From Felis catus (Eukaryota): 64,000 bases of DNA. Location: assembly GCF_018350175.1 (NCBI RefSeq), contig NC_058382.1:55120001-55184000 (forward strand), given 5' to 3'. A program made the position numbers and the translations under genes. Of this stretch, positions 24,886 to 37,231 are shown one piece after another (position 1 is the first letter of the stretch; every line of letters begins with the position of its first letter). The notes under the pieces were generated by a model. It was not told the DNA's origin. It saw nothing but the letters and a program-made list of their open reading frames with translations, and did not search any database.

Positions 24886-25762
24886 CATCATCCATCCATC
24901 CATCTATCCATCAATCCTTTTGTCATCTGTCCATCCATTCAATCAATAAACATTTGCTGGGCTCCAGCTTGTGCCAGGCCCTGAACACAACACACATACA
25001 CCCCCAAACCCAACCCAAAACCAACAGAAAAGAGGAAGCCTCATACAAGAAAGCCATTGTTGGACATTTCCTCTCATTTTCTACATTTTTAAGCAACTTC
25101 ACTGAGATACAATTCACATACCACACCATTCTCTCACTTAAAGTATACAATTCAATAGGTTTTGGTCATGGAGTCATGAAGCCATCACCACAATCACTTC
25201 TAGAATGTTTTTATCCCCCGAAACCCCTGCTCCTTTAAGCGGTCACTCCCCATTTCCCCTTTTCTGCAACCACCTTCAATTACAAACTTACTCTGTCTCT
25301 ATAGATTTGCTTATTCCGGACGTTTCATGTAAATGCAGTCGTAAGCCGTGTGCTCTTTGTGACTGGCTTCTTTGACACAACGTGATGTTTTCAAGGTTCA
25401 TCCATGTTGTAGTGTGCCTCAGTGTCTCCTTGTGTTCCTGAATACATTCCATTGTAGAAGCAGACCACGTTTTGTTTACTCACTCATAAGTCGGTGGACA
25501 CCTGCCTTGGGTTTCCACCATTTGGCTGTTATGAGTAATGCCGATGTTAACATTCGTGTGTAAGTTTTTGTGTGGATGTGTGTATTCAGCTCTCTTGAGT
25601 CTAACACCTGGGAGTGGAATGACTGAGTCATATCATAACCCTGTGTTTAACTTTTTGAGGAACTGCCATACTGTTTTCCAAAGCAGGTGCCCCATTTTAC
25701 ATTCCCACCAGCAGGGTGTGAGGGTTCTAATTTTCCCCTCATCTTGGTCAACACTTACTGTC

Positions 25763-25966
25763 TTTTTTTTTTTTTAAGTTTATTTATTTTGGGAGAGAGA
25801 GACAGACAGAAGACACGAGCAGGGGAATGGCAGAGAGAATCCTCAGCAGGTTCCGCACTGTCAGCACAGAGCCTGACTTGGGGCTTGAACCCACCAACTG
25901 CGCTTGAACCCATGACCTGAGCAAAAATCAAGAGTTGGACACTTAACTGAGCCACCCAGAAGCCCC
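25763..25966 (-). mobile_element. Can-SINE
   Basis: Reverse SINE with poly-T tail. Confidence 0.9.
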
Positions 25967-25970
25967 TGCC

Positions 25971-26073
25971 TTTTTTTTTTTTTAAATAAGTTCTATCCCC
26001 ACTATGGGGCTCGAATTCACGACCCTGAGATCAAGAGTCGTATCCTCTAATGACGGAGCCAGGCAGGCATCCC
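25971..26073 (-). mobile_element. Short Can-SINE variant
   Basis: ggggctcgaattcacgaccctgagatcaagagtcg ... gagccaggcaggcatccc. Confidence 0.8.
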
Positions 26074-26407
26074 TGTCACTATCTTTTTTTATTTTTGCCG
26101 CCCTGTGTGAAGTGGTGTCTCATGTGATTTCATTTTGCATTTCCTAGATGGCTAGTGATGTTGAGCATCTTTTCATGTTTTATTGGCTGTTCGTATGTTT
26201 GGAAAAAATGTCTGCTTGGATTTTTTGCCCATTTTTAACTGGTTTATGTGTCTTTTTGAGTCATAAGACTCCTTTGTATGTTCTTAGATACAAGATAGAA
26301 GTCTCTTCTAAGATACATGATTTTCAAGTGTCTTCTCCCATTCTGTGGGCTCCAGTTCCTTTTCAGTGTGACTTTATTATTATTATTACTATCGTTGTTT
26401 AAAAAAA

Positions 26408-26613
26408 TTTCTTTTAACATTTATTTATTTTTAAGAGACAGAGACAGAGCACAAGTTGGGGAGTGGCAGAGAGAGGAGACACAGAATCTGAAGCAGGCTC
26501 CAGGCTCCAAGCCATCAACACAGAGCCTGATGCGGGGCTCGAACCCATGAACCGTGAGATCGTGACCTGAGTCGAAGTCGGACGCTTAACCGACTGAGCC
26601 CCCCAGGCGCCCC
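26408..26613 (-). mobile_element. Can-SINE
   Basis: Full reverse SINE ending ccaggcgcccc. Confidence 0.93.
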
Positions 26614-26656
26614 TAAGAGAAACATTTTCATTTATTTATTTATTTTTATTTCACTG

Positions 26657-26857
26657 TTTTTTAACACTTATTTATGATTGAGAGACAGCGCATGAGCAGG
26701 GGAGGGGCTGAGAGACAGAAAGACACAGAATCCGAAGCAGGCTCCAGGCTCTGAGCTGTCTGCACAGAGCCCGACACGGGGCTTGAACTCACAAACTGTG
26801 ACATCATGACCTCAGCCGAAGTCAGACGCTCAACTGACTGAGCCACCCAAGCGCCCC
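26657..26857 (-). mobile_element. Can-SINE
   Basis: Full reverse SINE. Confidence 0.93.
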
Positions 26858-27071
26858 CCCCTTTTTTTATTACTATTAAGATATTTTTAAAAATGCAGAA
26901 ATGTATAAAGAGGTAGAAAAATAACTCCCCAGAGGCCATGATTCATATTTAATCATATTTCCTTTTGTTGTCCTTTTAATCAATTCAATTATGTATTTTC
27001 TAACAGGCAATTATTTGCACAAGTAGAGAACTGTAAACATTGGCTTTGACTATTAGTGACTACTGACTTTT

Positions 27072-27170
27072 GTTTTTTTAAGTATGCTCTACACCCAACG
27101 TGGGGCTTGAACTCACCACCCTAAGACCAAGAGTTGCACGCTCCACTGACCCAGCCAGCCAGGCACCCCC
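27072..27170 (-). mobile_element. Short Can-SINE variant
   Basis: gtggggcttgaactcaccaccctaagaccaagagt ... ccagccaggcacccc. Confidence 0.8.
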
Positions 27171-28465
27171 AGAATTTTAAAGGTTTAATATGAGTTTCCT
27201 GCCCTCAGCCTCAGGCACTCAGACTCTTTGCTAGGGATAGCCACTGGTATCGCTTTCTTGCAGATTTTTCGGTGATAGCTTATACATACATACGTATACA
27301 AATCAATTTCCCCTTAAGTTGTAGGACATTAGCCATTCCACTCAGCACAGCCTCTTTACAGGCTTTCGAGTCAACACAATTTTCTTTACACAGTTAGGAA
27401 TCACCCTGAAGATCCCTGTCCAGCAGTTGTAGGAGGTAGCACAGGAACCCATCGTGGTGTTAGCAAACACAAGGAATTTATTGAAGCATATTGGGTGGCT
27501 TGTGTATTCTCCAGAAGGGCAGAGACCCAAGTCTGGCATCTACACCGCCTGAAGCAAAGCAAAATCAGGCACTGGATGGCTCCAGTGGAGACAGCCCAGC
27601 TGATTCTTCTGGGTTCAGAGGCTGCAGCCTCTGGTCTTGCTGCTGCTGGACACTGGGTGCCCATGTCACTGCCTTTGCCAGGTATGCGTCCTCTGACACC
27701 TGCTTCTCCTGTCGCCAGCTTCTGAACACGAGCCTGGTGCTGGTGCACCTGACTGACGGGGCAGCTGGGAATATCTGCATCCTAGCTGCTAGGGAGTCTG
27801 GGAAAGCAAAGTTCTGACTTGCACCTTGGAACGGTGTGGCCTCATCAGTGGGGACGTCCCCAGACATAGGAGGGCGGGTTTCACTGGGCAGCCAAAAAGA
27901 ACGGCATCAGACTTGAAGGTAAGTGTATTTTAATTATGAAATTATAATTCCTCTGATTGTAAAAGCATTGCATGAGTGAGAGGTGATATGTTGTAAGGGC
28001 CAGGAGTGGACAGTGCTGGGGTTGTCTGGCTGGGTCCATTCTTACCTCTGTCTCTTATCTGCCTTCTCACCTTAGGCGTGATTTGAACTTCTGCACGACC
28101 AGCCTCCTTGTCAGTAAAATGGGGATAATAATCAAACCTCCGTCAGGAGGTTGGGCTGAGGGTGGAACAAGTCATCAGATGTTAAAGTTTAGGACCGTAC
28201 CTGGCCCACCGTATTTGCTATATAGTTGTTTGCTCTTTCTGTTTTCCCGGTGTTTTATTATGAGTGTTTTAGAGCACACAGAAAAGTTTAACAAATTGTA
28301 CAGCAAGCATCTATCCCACCCATGCCACCTGGGATTCCACCATGAGCATTCTGCTGTGTTTGTTTTATCACACGTATCCATCTGTGTTCCTTTCCAGTCG
28401 TTCACACATCTTAATTTTAATGTGTGTGAGAGTAATGGCAAATGTGTATATATGTCACTATTACC

Positions 28466-28672
28466 TTTTTTTAATGTTTATTTATTTTGAGAGAGAGAGA
28501 GAGAGCACACGCACATGAGTGGGGGTGGGGCAGAGAGAGAATCCCAAGCAGGCTGTGCACTGTCAGCACAGAGCCCAAGGCGGGGCTTGAACTCACAAAC
28601 CACAAGATCACGACCTGAGCCGAAATCAAGAGTCAGACCCTTAACCAACTGAGGGCGCCACCCAGGCGCCCC
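28466..28672 (-). mobile_element. Can-SINE
   Basis: Reverse SINE; TSD ctatta(c/t)cttttt. Confidence 0.92.
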
Positions 28673-28925
28673 TTGCTATTATCTTTTTAAAGCAACTCTC
28701 AACTGTTAGCTTAAATAATATGTGTGTGTAGTTTGTGTTGTCCTTCCGCATAACACAATGGCCTGAGTCCTGTTTGGTGAGACAGAATTTGTTAGGTAGA
28801 GGGAATAGTGAGAGGGAGAGCAGGGGTTTCCTGACAGTGGGAACAGCCACACTGAAATATGCCCCCCACCCCGACAGGCTGATCATACAGTGTCCCTTCA
28901 AATGGACATTTAAAATACTCGTTCA

Positions 28926-29127
28926 GGGGCGCCTGGGTGGCTTGGTCGGTTAAGTGTCCGACTTCGGCTCAGGTCATGATCTCACGGTCCGTGAGTTCGA
29001 GCTCTGCGTCAGGCTCTGTGCTGACATCTCAGAGCCTGGAGCCTGTTTCAGATTCTGTGTCTCCCTCTCTCTCTGCTCCTCCCCTGTTCATGCTCTGTCT
29101 CTATCTCAAAATAAATAAACATTAAAA

Positions 29128-29178
<51 letters not shown>

Positions 29179-29185
29179 AATAAAA
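28926..29185 (+). mobile_element. Can-SINE with expanded (TAAA)n tail
   Basis: TSD taaaatact(c/t)gttca at 28911-28925 and 29186-29200. Confidence 0.95.
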
Positions 29186-29277
29186 TAAAATACTTGTTCA
29201 GACAGGACTCTCTTCCACTGTCCTGGACAATTCTGCTCTGCCCCAAACTTGCAAGCCCACTTGACAATTATATCAGT

Positions 29278-29790
29278 TGTATCCATTATCTATTGCTGTG
29301 GAATGCATCATTCCAAAACCTACTGGCTTAAAACAGCATTGATGATCTATCATGGTTTCTATGTGTTAGGAATTAGGGAGCGGGGGGCAATTGTGGCCCA
29401 GAGTCTCCCGTACAGTTGCAGGCAGATGCTGACTTGGGTTGGGGTTGTCTGAAAAACTTCTTCACTCCTGTGTCTGCTGCCTGGGCTGGGACCAGAGCAG
29501 ATGAGGCTCCCTGGGACTTTGTCTCTGCATGATGTCTCTATGCAGTCCCTCCAGCATGGTGGCGTCAGGGTAGCTGGCCTTCTTAAGTCAGCCTGGGGCT
29601 CCTAAGGCATATGTCCCGAGCCAGCACAAGCTGTCACGCGCCATCTCTTCTGCCGCGTTCTGTTGAGCAGTTACGCAAAGTTACAAAGATCGGCCACTTC
29701 CGTGGAGGAACATCCATGTCACATGATAGAGCAGATGGAAAGGAGACGTAGAGCAGATGTCTTTGGAGAATACAGTCTCTCACAGCTGGC
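29278..29790. mobile_element. MaLR (MLT1-type) LTR
   Basis: tatctattgctgtggaatgcatcattccaaaacctactggcttaaaacagca ... gtctttggagaatacagtct. Confidence 0.65.
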
Positions 29791-29984
29791 TTTTGGATGG
29801 ATTCCCCCTCCTCAGAAGGCCATTGAGCCACCACCTGTTATTACTCAGGCACGTGGGGTCCTGGGGGGGTCTCATCATCACCCCTGGCAGTTACCTTTCC
29901 AGCCACACGCTGAACTCTCCGATAATTCCAGTTCTCTAAGAGGCCTGTGGCAAGTCCAATTTTCTCCATCTCGTTTTTTGCCTG

Positions 29985-30380
29985 GTGTCCTGGGTTGAAT
30001 AGTGTCCTCCCCGATTCATGTCCACCAGGAGCCTCAAAATGTCACATTTGGATATAGGGTTTTTGCCGATGTCATCAAGGTAAGATATTCATATTGGGTT
30101 GTAGTGAGCTCTAAGTCCAGTGACTGATGTCCTTATAAAAAGAAGAGAAGACACAGACGCACAGGGAGAACGCCATGTGGCAAGAGAGACACAGATCGGA
30201 GGGATGTGTCTACTCCTCAAGGGACACCAAGGGTTGCTGGCAGCCACCAGGAGCTAGGAGAGAGGCATGGAGAGGTTCTCTCAGAGCCTCCAGGGGGACC
30301 CAACCTCCCTGACACTTTGGTTTGTGACTTCTGGCCTCCTGAAAGCTACAGAATCAATTTCTGTGGTTTAAGCAGTTACC
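29985..30380. mobile_element. MaLR (MLT1-type) LTR
   Basis: tgggttgaatagtgtcc ... tgactgatgtccttataaaaaga ... gacttctggcctcc. Confidence 0.8.
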
Positions 30381-31968
30381 TTATCAGTGATACTTCGGTC
30401 TCTTTCAAGTCCATAGTCTGCTGGCTGGTTGGCAGCTTAATTCAGACCTGATGCAAAGGTTCAGTCTGTGACAGAAGGTCCCCTGTGGACACCTCTGCTG
30501 GGCGGCTGAGGGAGGTGGCGTGCCAGGAGGTGCTGGACAGGGCCCAGCTGACCTGCGAGGATTCAGCAACAGATGAGTCACCAGACGCTGAAGTGTGTTT
30601 CTTGCTCGGGGCTTTTTAGAATTTTTTTTCAAGTTTGAAAATCCGGAATGGCCTTTCCAGGTGCGTCCTGAGTTCCATGTCTCCAGAGCTGGTGTGATTC
30701 TGTCCACATGGGCACTGTTTATAGTGGCAGCAGCTGTGACCTTTAGAACCAAGAGGAAAATTTCCCTCATGGATTCAGGCTGTCCTGTCCACACTTGGGA
30801 CCATAAACTCTCATTCCCCCAAAATACGGAGGATGTGGGGCAGGGGCGTGAAACACAGCCACTCATGGAGGAAGGCTCTGTGCATCTTTTGCTAGAAGGG
30901 AGACCCCTGGGAGGGGGAAGTTGCTCCCCCCTTCATGGCTTTCAGGGATGCACCCACTGTGTGCCCCTCAAAAGCAAGCAGCACCCCTCTTGGGGACTTG
31001 GCATGTGCCTGAGAAGTTCCTTCTCTAGATGCTCACTTAGCCGGCCTCTCCTCCTCCTCAGGTCCTGCTCAGATGACCTCTTCTCCAGGAGGGCTTTGTG
31101 ACTGCCATATCTAAATTCCCTTTCACTTCCCTCGTTATACCCATCTGCTTTGTCACAGCCCTTGCACTTTGTCCCCGCCATCTGGAATGACCTTGGTAAT
31201 CTGTTTCCTGGTTTACGGTCTGTCTTCCCCATTAGAAAGTAAGAGCCACAGGAATTCTTTGGTCCACCCCCAGCTCCTGTAACAGTGCCTGGCACAAAAA
31301 TGTCTGTACCTAGAATGCACAACCGCGCAGAGAGAACGTCTTGACCAGTCGTCCTGCCTTCAGCCTGGCTCCCTCCTCCCACCCTCCCCTGCTCACACGG
31401 TGGATTTTCCAAGCCAGAAATCATCCAGGTCACTCTTCTGCTCTAAGACCTTTAGTAGCTCCCCATTGCCCCCAGGTAAAGTCCAAATGTGTTAGCAAGA
31501 CTCAGCCTGTCTCAAGCCCTGCCTTCCTTCCGGGCACGTACACCCTTCACTCAGGCAGAACTGAGTCCCTGACCAGAGTGTATCGCCCATGCTTGTCTGC
31601 AGAGACCCGCCCTCCCTCCCCCTGTCCCCACTCAGCTGACTGCTCTCGCCTGTCACTGGCCTCAGAGGGAAACTCACTACTTTCAGGAAGCCTTGCTGAC
31701 CCTGTTTTCCCAAACCTGCATTTAATTATTCCTTCTCCCTCAAACCCCACCTAGCCCTTATCTGTATTGTATCCTTTTTTTTTTTTAAGTAAAATATGAT
31801 TTACACCCAGTAAAATTCACTCTTCTTGGTATATAGTATATGAGTTTTGGCAAATACATATAGTTGTGTCATCTCATGACAGTCAAACTAGAAAACAATT
31901 TCATCACCTCTCCCAGTTGCTTTGTGCTTTTTGTAGTCAGCTCCTAGCCCCTGGTGATCAGGGATCTA

Positions 31969-32225
31969 TTTTTTTTTTCAAATGTTTGTTTGTTTGTTTG
32001 TTTGTTTGTTTGTTTATTTATTTATTTATTTTTGGGGGGGGGACAGAGAGAGACAGAGTATGAACGGGGGAGGGGCAAAGAGAGAGGGAGACACAGAATC
32101 GGAAACAGGCTCCAGGCTCCGAGCCATCAGCCCAGAGCCTGATGCGGGGCTCGAACTCACGGACCACGGGATCGTGACCTGGCTGAAGTCGGATGCTTAA
32201 CCGACTGCGCCACCCAGGCGCCCCC
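31969..32225 (-). mobile_element. Young felid SINE (SINEC_Fc-like) with (TTTG)n-expanded tail
   Basis: Diagnostic cgactgcgccacccaggcgcccc and acctggctgaagtcgg; abuts the tail of an older SINE. Confidence 0.93.
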
Positions 32226-32441
32226 AATGTTTATTTATTTTTGACAGAGAGAGGGAGCAGGGGACAGGAAGAGAGAGAGAGAGAGGGACAGAGGATCCAA
32301 TGCAGGCTCAGCTCTGACAGCAGTGAGCCCATACGGGACTCGAACTCACAAAACTCACGAACCATGAGGTCATGACCTGAGCTGCAAGATCATGACCTGA
32401 GCCGAAGTCTGACACTCAACAGACTGAGCCACTCAGGCGCC
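32226..32441 (-). mobile_element. Older Can-SINE with short internal tandem duplication
   Basis: tcatgacctgagc occurs twice; ggtgatca flanks the two-SINE unit at 31953 and 32444. Confidence 0.88.
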
Positions 32442-33897
32442 TGGGTGATCAATTTTCTCTGTGGTTTTGCCTCTTCCAGAACGTCGGATCAGTGGAATCT
32501 TACTGTTGTGGCTTTCTGATTCTGGCCTTTCACTTAGCCTTGTGCATTCGAGGTTCCTCCTTGGTGTTGCCAGTTTGCTCCCTCTGGCTACGAGTGCCCT
32601 TTCAGCATCTGGATACTTTGTTTATTCTTTCACTTGTGAAAGGCATTTATCTGGGTTGTTTCTTACTTTCAGTGATTATGAGCACTGCTGCTGTAAACCT
32701 TGGCGTCCAGGTTTTCACACGGACATTTGTTTTCATCACCCTTGGGTGAATACTTAGATGTGGGTTTCCCAGGTCATACGGTGAACATACGTGCACCTTT
32801 TTAAGAAACTGCCCAGCTGTTTTCCGCGGAGGCTGCCCGGTTTGGCTTCCCACCAGCCACTCCACATGCTCTACAACGCAGGGTATTGTCGATTGTTTTT
32901 AGTGTCACCATTTTAACAGTTCTGTAACCTTTTTTTTTCTTTTTACCTACCTGGCTGTGACCTCCTGATAGAGAATGAATCTTTCCTTGTCTTCAGAGCC
33001 TAGGATAGTGCCTGACACATAGTAGGTACTTCGTAAATGCTTGTGAGCTGAATGGGTGATCTACTGAATTGGTGTCTAAGGAGAATTTGTCTCAGATTCC
33101 ATGGATGGAAGGCTAATCAATGTTCCCTCTCCTGAGGGAATTCATTATGAGGTGGTCTTTCTGGAATCTGCCAGCAAAACCTCCTTATCTTTATGGCTCA
33201 CACCTCTGTATATCTGCCCAAAGTGCCCAGACTGCTTTCCATCTCTGAAAAGGCTCATCATGTTGTCTCTTTCACTGTTGTTTCAGTGGGAGCTATTGGT
33301 ACCCATACTAGAGAGTACAAAAGAATCATGGGGTGGGGGTGGGGGTGTTTAGAATGCAATCCCTAGGCTCCACCCCCAGGGTTCTGATTCATGAGGTGCG
33401 GCATATCTGGGTGCATCTCAGACCTCCCTGAGAACTCCCCAGGGGAGACCCAAGTCCTCTGTAGGCGTGGAAATAACTCCACTGGAAATAAGCCCCGTGC
33501 CTTCAGAGGCCAACTCTACAGGTCATTTAATGCCTCTGAACCTCAGTTTCCTCATCTGTAAAATAAACACGGAAATAATCGAGCTTCCCAGCTTTGTTGT
33601 GACGACTAAATGCATTTACTGAATGTAAGGTCCTGGCGCAAGGTAGGCATTAAATAAATTTTTACTGATTTTGGTAAACCGCAAAGATTTTAAATGTTTT
33701 TTTTTTCCACTTCTCAGCTAACTACCTCGTATTTTAATGTTTTTATTGATGCATAACATAATGTGGAAAAGTGCACTTAATATAAGTGTACAGTTCAATT
33801 AGTTTTCACACATGGAACACATTGGTGTGACCAGTGTCACATAGACAGAATGTGGCACAACCCTGGGACCTCCCTCAGCTTACCTCTCATCATCATC

Positions 33898-33930
<33 letters not shown>

Positions 33931-34130
33931 TAAAATGTTTATTTATTTTTGAGAGGGAGAGAGTGCAAGCAGGGGAGGGGCAGAGAGAAAGAGGGAGATA
34001 CAGAATCCTAAGCAGGCTTGGGGCTCCGAGCTGTCAGCACAGAGCCTGACGCGGGGCTCGAACTCACAAACCACGAGATCATGACCTGAGTCGAAGTCAG
34101 ATGCTCAACTGACTGAGCCACCTAGGTGCC
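33898..34130 (-). mobile_element. Can-SINE
   Basis: Long poly-T; TSD catca(t/c)catctt. Confidence 0.93.
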
Positions 34131-34189
34131 TACATCACCATCTTCTAAAGTGACCATTCTGCTGAATGACAGCCTTAATTTTCAAACAG

Positions 34190-34192
<3 letters not shown>

Positions 34193-34235
<43 letters not shown>
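34193..34235. repeat. (AC)21 microsatellite
   Basis: Perfect dinucleotide run. Confidence 0.96.
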
Positions 34236-34237
<2 letters not shown>

Positions 34238-34371
34238 GTTAGCTAACATAGTTTTTGTTTTCCAGTATAACTAAACTGTGTTCAGTAAAGAATATTTGGA
34301 AAACATTGAAACCACAAGTCAGAGATGACCTGTTAACATATTGAGCAGCCATTTTAAAATATTTATTTTGG

Positions 34372-34711
34372 GGGGTGCCTGGGTGTCTCAGTCACTTAAG
34401 CTTCTGACTCTTTTTTTTTTTAATTTTTAAAAAATGTTTATTTATTTTTGAGAGAGTCAGAGACAGAATATGAGTGGGTTAGGGGCAGAGAGAGAGGGAG
34501 ACACAGAATCCAAAGCAGGCTCCAGGCTCTGAGCTGTTAGCACAGAGCCCGATGCGGGGCTGGAACTCATGAGCTGTGAGATCATGACCTGAGCCGAAGC
34601 CGGACGCCCAACTGACTGAGCCACCCAGGTGCCCCAAGCATCTGACTCTTGATTTCGGCTCAGGTCATGATCTCACAGTCTCAAGAGATGACAGCACAGA
34701 GCCTGCTTGGG

Positions 34712-34759
<48 letters not shown>

Positions 34760-34830
34760 CCCCCCCCCCGCCCCTCCTCCACTCCCAAACACACTCTCTC
34801 TCAAAATAAATAAACTTTATGAAGTTTAAA
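34372..34830 (+). mobile_element. Can-SINE split by an antisense Can-SINE (34413-34635)
   Basis: Head at 34372-34410 resumes at ~34651; inner element flanked by aagc(t/a)tctgactctt. Confidence 0.92.
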
Positions 34831-35263
34831 AAATAAAATCTTTATTTTTTTATTGAGATATACATAGAGTTGCACAAGTTGTAAGTGTAAGGTTCATTTT
34901 CATCAAGTGACCAGCCCTTGTAACTACAGGATCAAAACTGAGAATGTCACAGCCGCCAAGACCCTTCCTTCTGCCCCCTCCCCAAAAGAAACACTATTCT
35001 GACTTTAAGGGCATTGATCAGCTTTGCCTAACCAGCTTGGAGTATAACAAAGCTGCTCTCTGTCTCTCTGTGGTGCTCTTGGAAAGCTCTCTTGCATCCT
35101 TCGAGACCCAGTTCTGAGGTCGTCTCCTCCAAGAAGTCTTCCCAGCCCCTCAGTTTATCCCTCTAACCCAGCTCTCGTTATTCTTTAGTAGTAAATGCCT
35201 CTTCCTGCTGTCTCTCCTTGGAGAGAGTAGTAAATGTCTCTCCCTGCCTTATATAACACAGGG

Positions 35264-35725
35264 TATAGTGGGTTGAATCATGACCCTCCCCCTAAAAGAT
35301 CTAAGTCCTAACCCCTTGTACCTGTGAAGCTGGCAATAGGGTCTTTGAGGACGTAATGAAGGATCTCAATTTAAAGCCCACTCTATATCCAGTAATAGTG
35401 TCCTCACCAGAGAAAGGAGAGAGGGATTTGAGACACAGATACAGGGAAGACCATCACTGAAGACGAAGCAGAGGTGGGAGGGGTGGAGTCCCAGCCCAAG
35501 GAATGCGGGGGGGGGGGGGATGGTGAGGGGGGGGGGATGGCGGGCAGCCGCTGGCAGCAAAGACAGAGGCCTGGGTGTGTTCTCCCCCAGAGCCTCCAGA
35601 GGGAACCACCCCTGCCGATACTGGGACTCCAGACTTTGGGCCCCCAGAACTGCAGGAGAATACATTTCTGTTGCTTGAAGCCATCCAGTCTATGGGACTT
35701 TGTAGCACCGCCCCTGGACTGAGCA
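35264..35725. mobile_element. MaLR (MLT1-type) LTR
   Basis: tagtgggttgaatcatgaccc ... cagagcctccagagggaaccacccctgcc ... aatacatttctgttgcttgaagccatccagt. Confidence 0.8.
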
Positions 35726-37018
35726 AGAACCAGGTTGGGGGCTTGCTGGCCTGTAGTGGGGACAAAAGGGAAGCCCCATCCTCAGATTGAGCTTTCTCTG
35801 ACACTCACCGCCACCACCACCAGTTCCCCTGTTTTGCTACACACCCTCAAGGCAGCCTCACGTGACTTGAGGGAAGCTGACCCTGTCCCCTGCATCCAGC
35901 CAGATGTGGAATCCCATTCCTTGGAGAATGACTGAGGCAGAATGGGCTGTGACCCACTTCTAATCAATGACACGGAAGAGAAGGCATGCTGGGGGCTTTG
36001 GGGGAAAATGTTCTTCTTTCTGGCTTTTCCCCTTTCGGGTCTGGCTGCCAGGAGAGGCAGATATGGAAAGGATCTTGGACCTGCTGATGTATTTGAACTT
36101 CTGACTGCTCCCTGACTGCCCCCCCCCCCCCCAACCATTCCCGGGCTTCCAGCGGCATGAGATTCCAGATGGCTTTTTTGTGGCAGCTGGGCACATCCTA
36201 ACTTACACTCCAGCCATGAGAGGGAGGATCGGGAAACTGAGACTCAGAGAGACTAAGTCACTGCACTGGGGACACAAGGTAGGAACGTGGCAGAGGCAGG
36301 ATTCACACCGCGGCCTGTCTGTCTCCATGTCCTGCGTTCTCAGCAGCTGCTCCACAGTTGCTCTTGGATTTAAACTGTCCCTCCTGATTTTACACGAGGC
36401 CTAGGGCCTGGGAGAGGCCCACCTGCAGCCAGTTCTCGGCACAGCAGAGACAGCGTGTTGTGTGTCCGTAAGATGTCATCCATCAACAGCGATGACTGCA
36501 TGACGGCCCTGTCGGCTCCGGGGTCCCACTTAACCAGGAGTGGTGCCCAGGACTTGGACACACGTTAGCTGACTCACTCCTGCACAGCAACCCTAACACT
36601 GATGAAGAAACTGAGCCTCACAGGGGATGGCAGTTCCGTGCAGAGCCGCACAGACGGTGAGGGGCAGAACAGGGTTTCGAACTCTCTCAGTCTCACTCTG
36701 GAGGCCCCACCTATAATATACTCTCTCCAGGTGGGACTTCGTTGATTATTGCTGTCTCCCTGGAGCCCAGCAGCTCCTGGCTCCGCGAAGGCACCCAGCA
36801 AGTGTTTGATGAATGAATAAATGAGCCCCAGCAGGAACTTGAGGCTTGAGAAGCTGAAAGAAAAGCCATGGGACCAGAAACTTTTCCAAGCAGGCCTCAG
36901 TTTAGACAGCAGACTCCTCCAGCTCAATAGCAAAGAAACAACCTGATTTAAAAGTGGCCAAAGGACTTGAACGGACATTTCTCCAAAGAAGACACATTTC
37001 TCCAAAGCCAACAAGGTA

Positions 37019-37231
37019 GGGTAGCCCTTGGGTGGCTCAGTCGGTTAAGCATCCAACTCTTGGTTTCGGCTCAGGTCATGATCTCAAGGTTGGGGGGGAT
37101 TGAGCCCCACTTCAGGCTCTGGCTGACAGCATGAAGCCTGCTTGGGATGCTCTTTCTCTGTCTCTCTCTGCCCCTCCCCCACTTGCTCTCCCTCAAAATA
37201 AATAAACATTTAAAAAATTGGAGACAAAAGA
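37019..37231 (+). mobile_element. Can-SINE in L1
   Basis: TSD aaagccaacaaggta at 37004-37018 and 37232-37246. Confidence 0.92.

Larger units (their letters stand above)
25085..26345 (-). mobile_element. L1M 3' fragment carrying two SINE insertions
   Basis: actgagatacaattcacataccac ... ttgaggaactgccatactgttttccaaagc ... gatgttgagcatcttttcatg. Confidence 0.8.
31780..32930 (-). mobile_element. L1M 3' fragment carrying a tandem SINE pair
   Basis: L1 3'UTR-like sequence on both sides of the SINEs at 31969-32441. Confidence 0.7.

Noticed and set aside
27565..27867. 100-aa minus-strand ORF with a natural-looking sequence
   Set aside because: Lies in sequence (~27415-27900) resembling an old MaLR-type LTR; no recognisable homology or exon structure.
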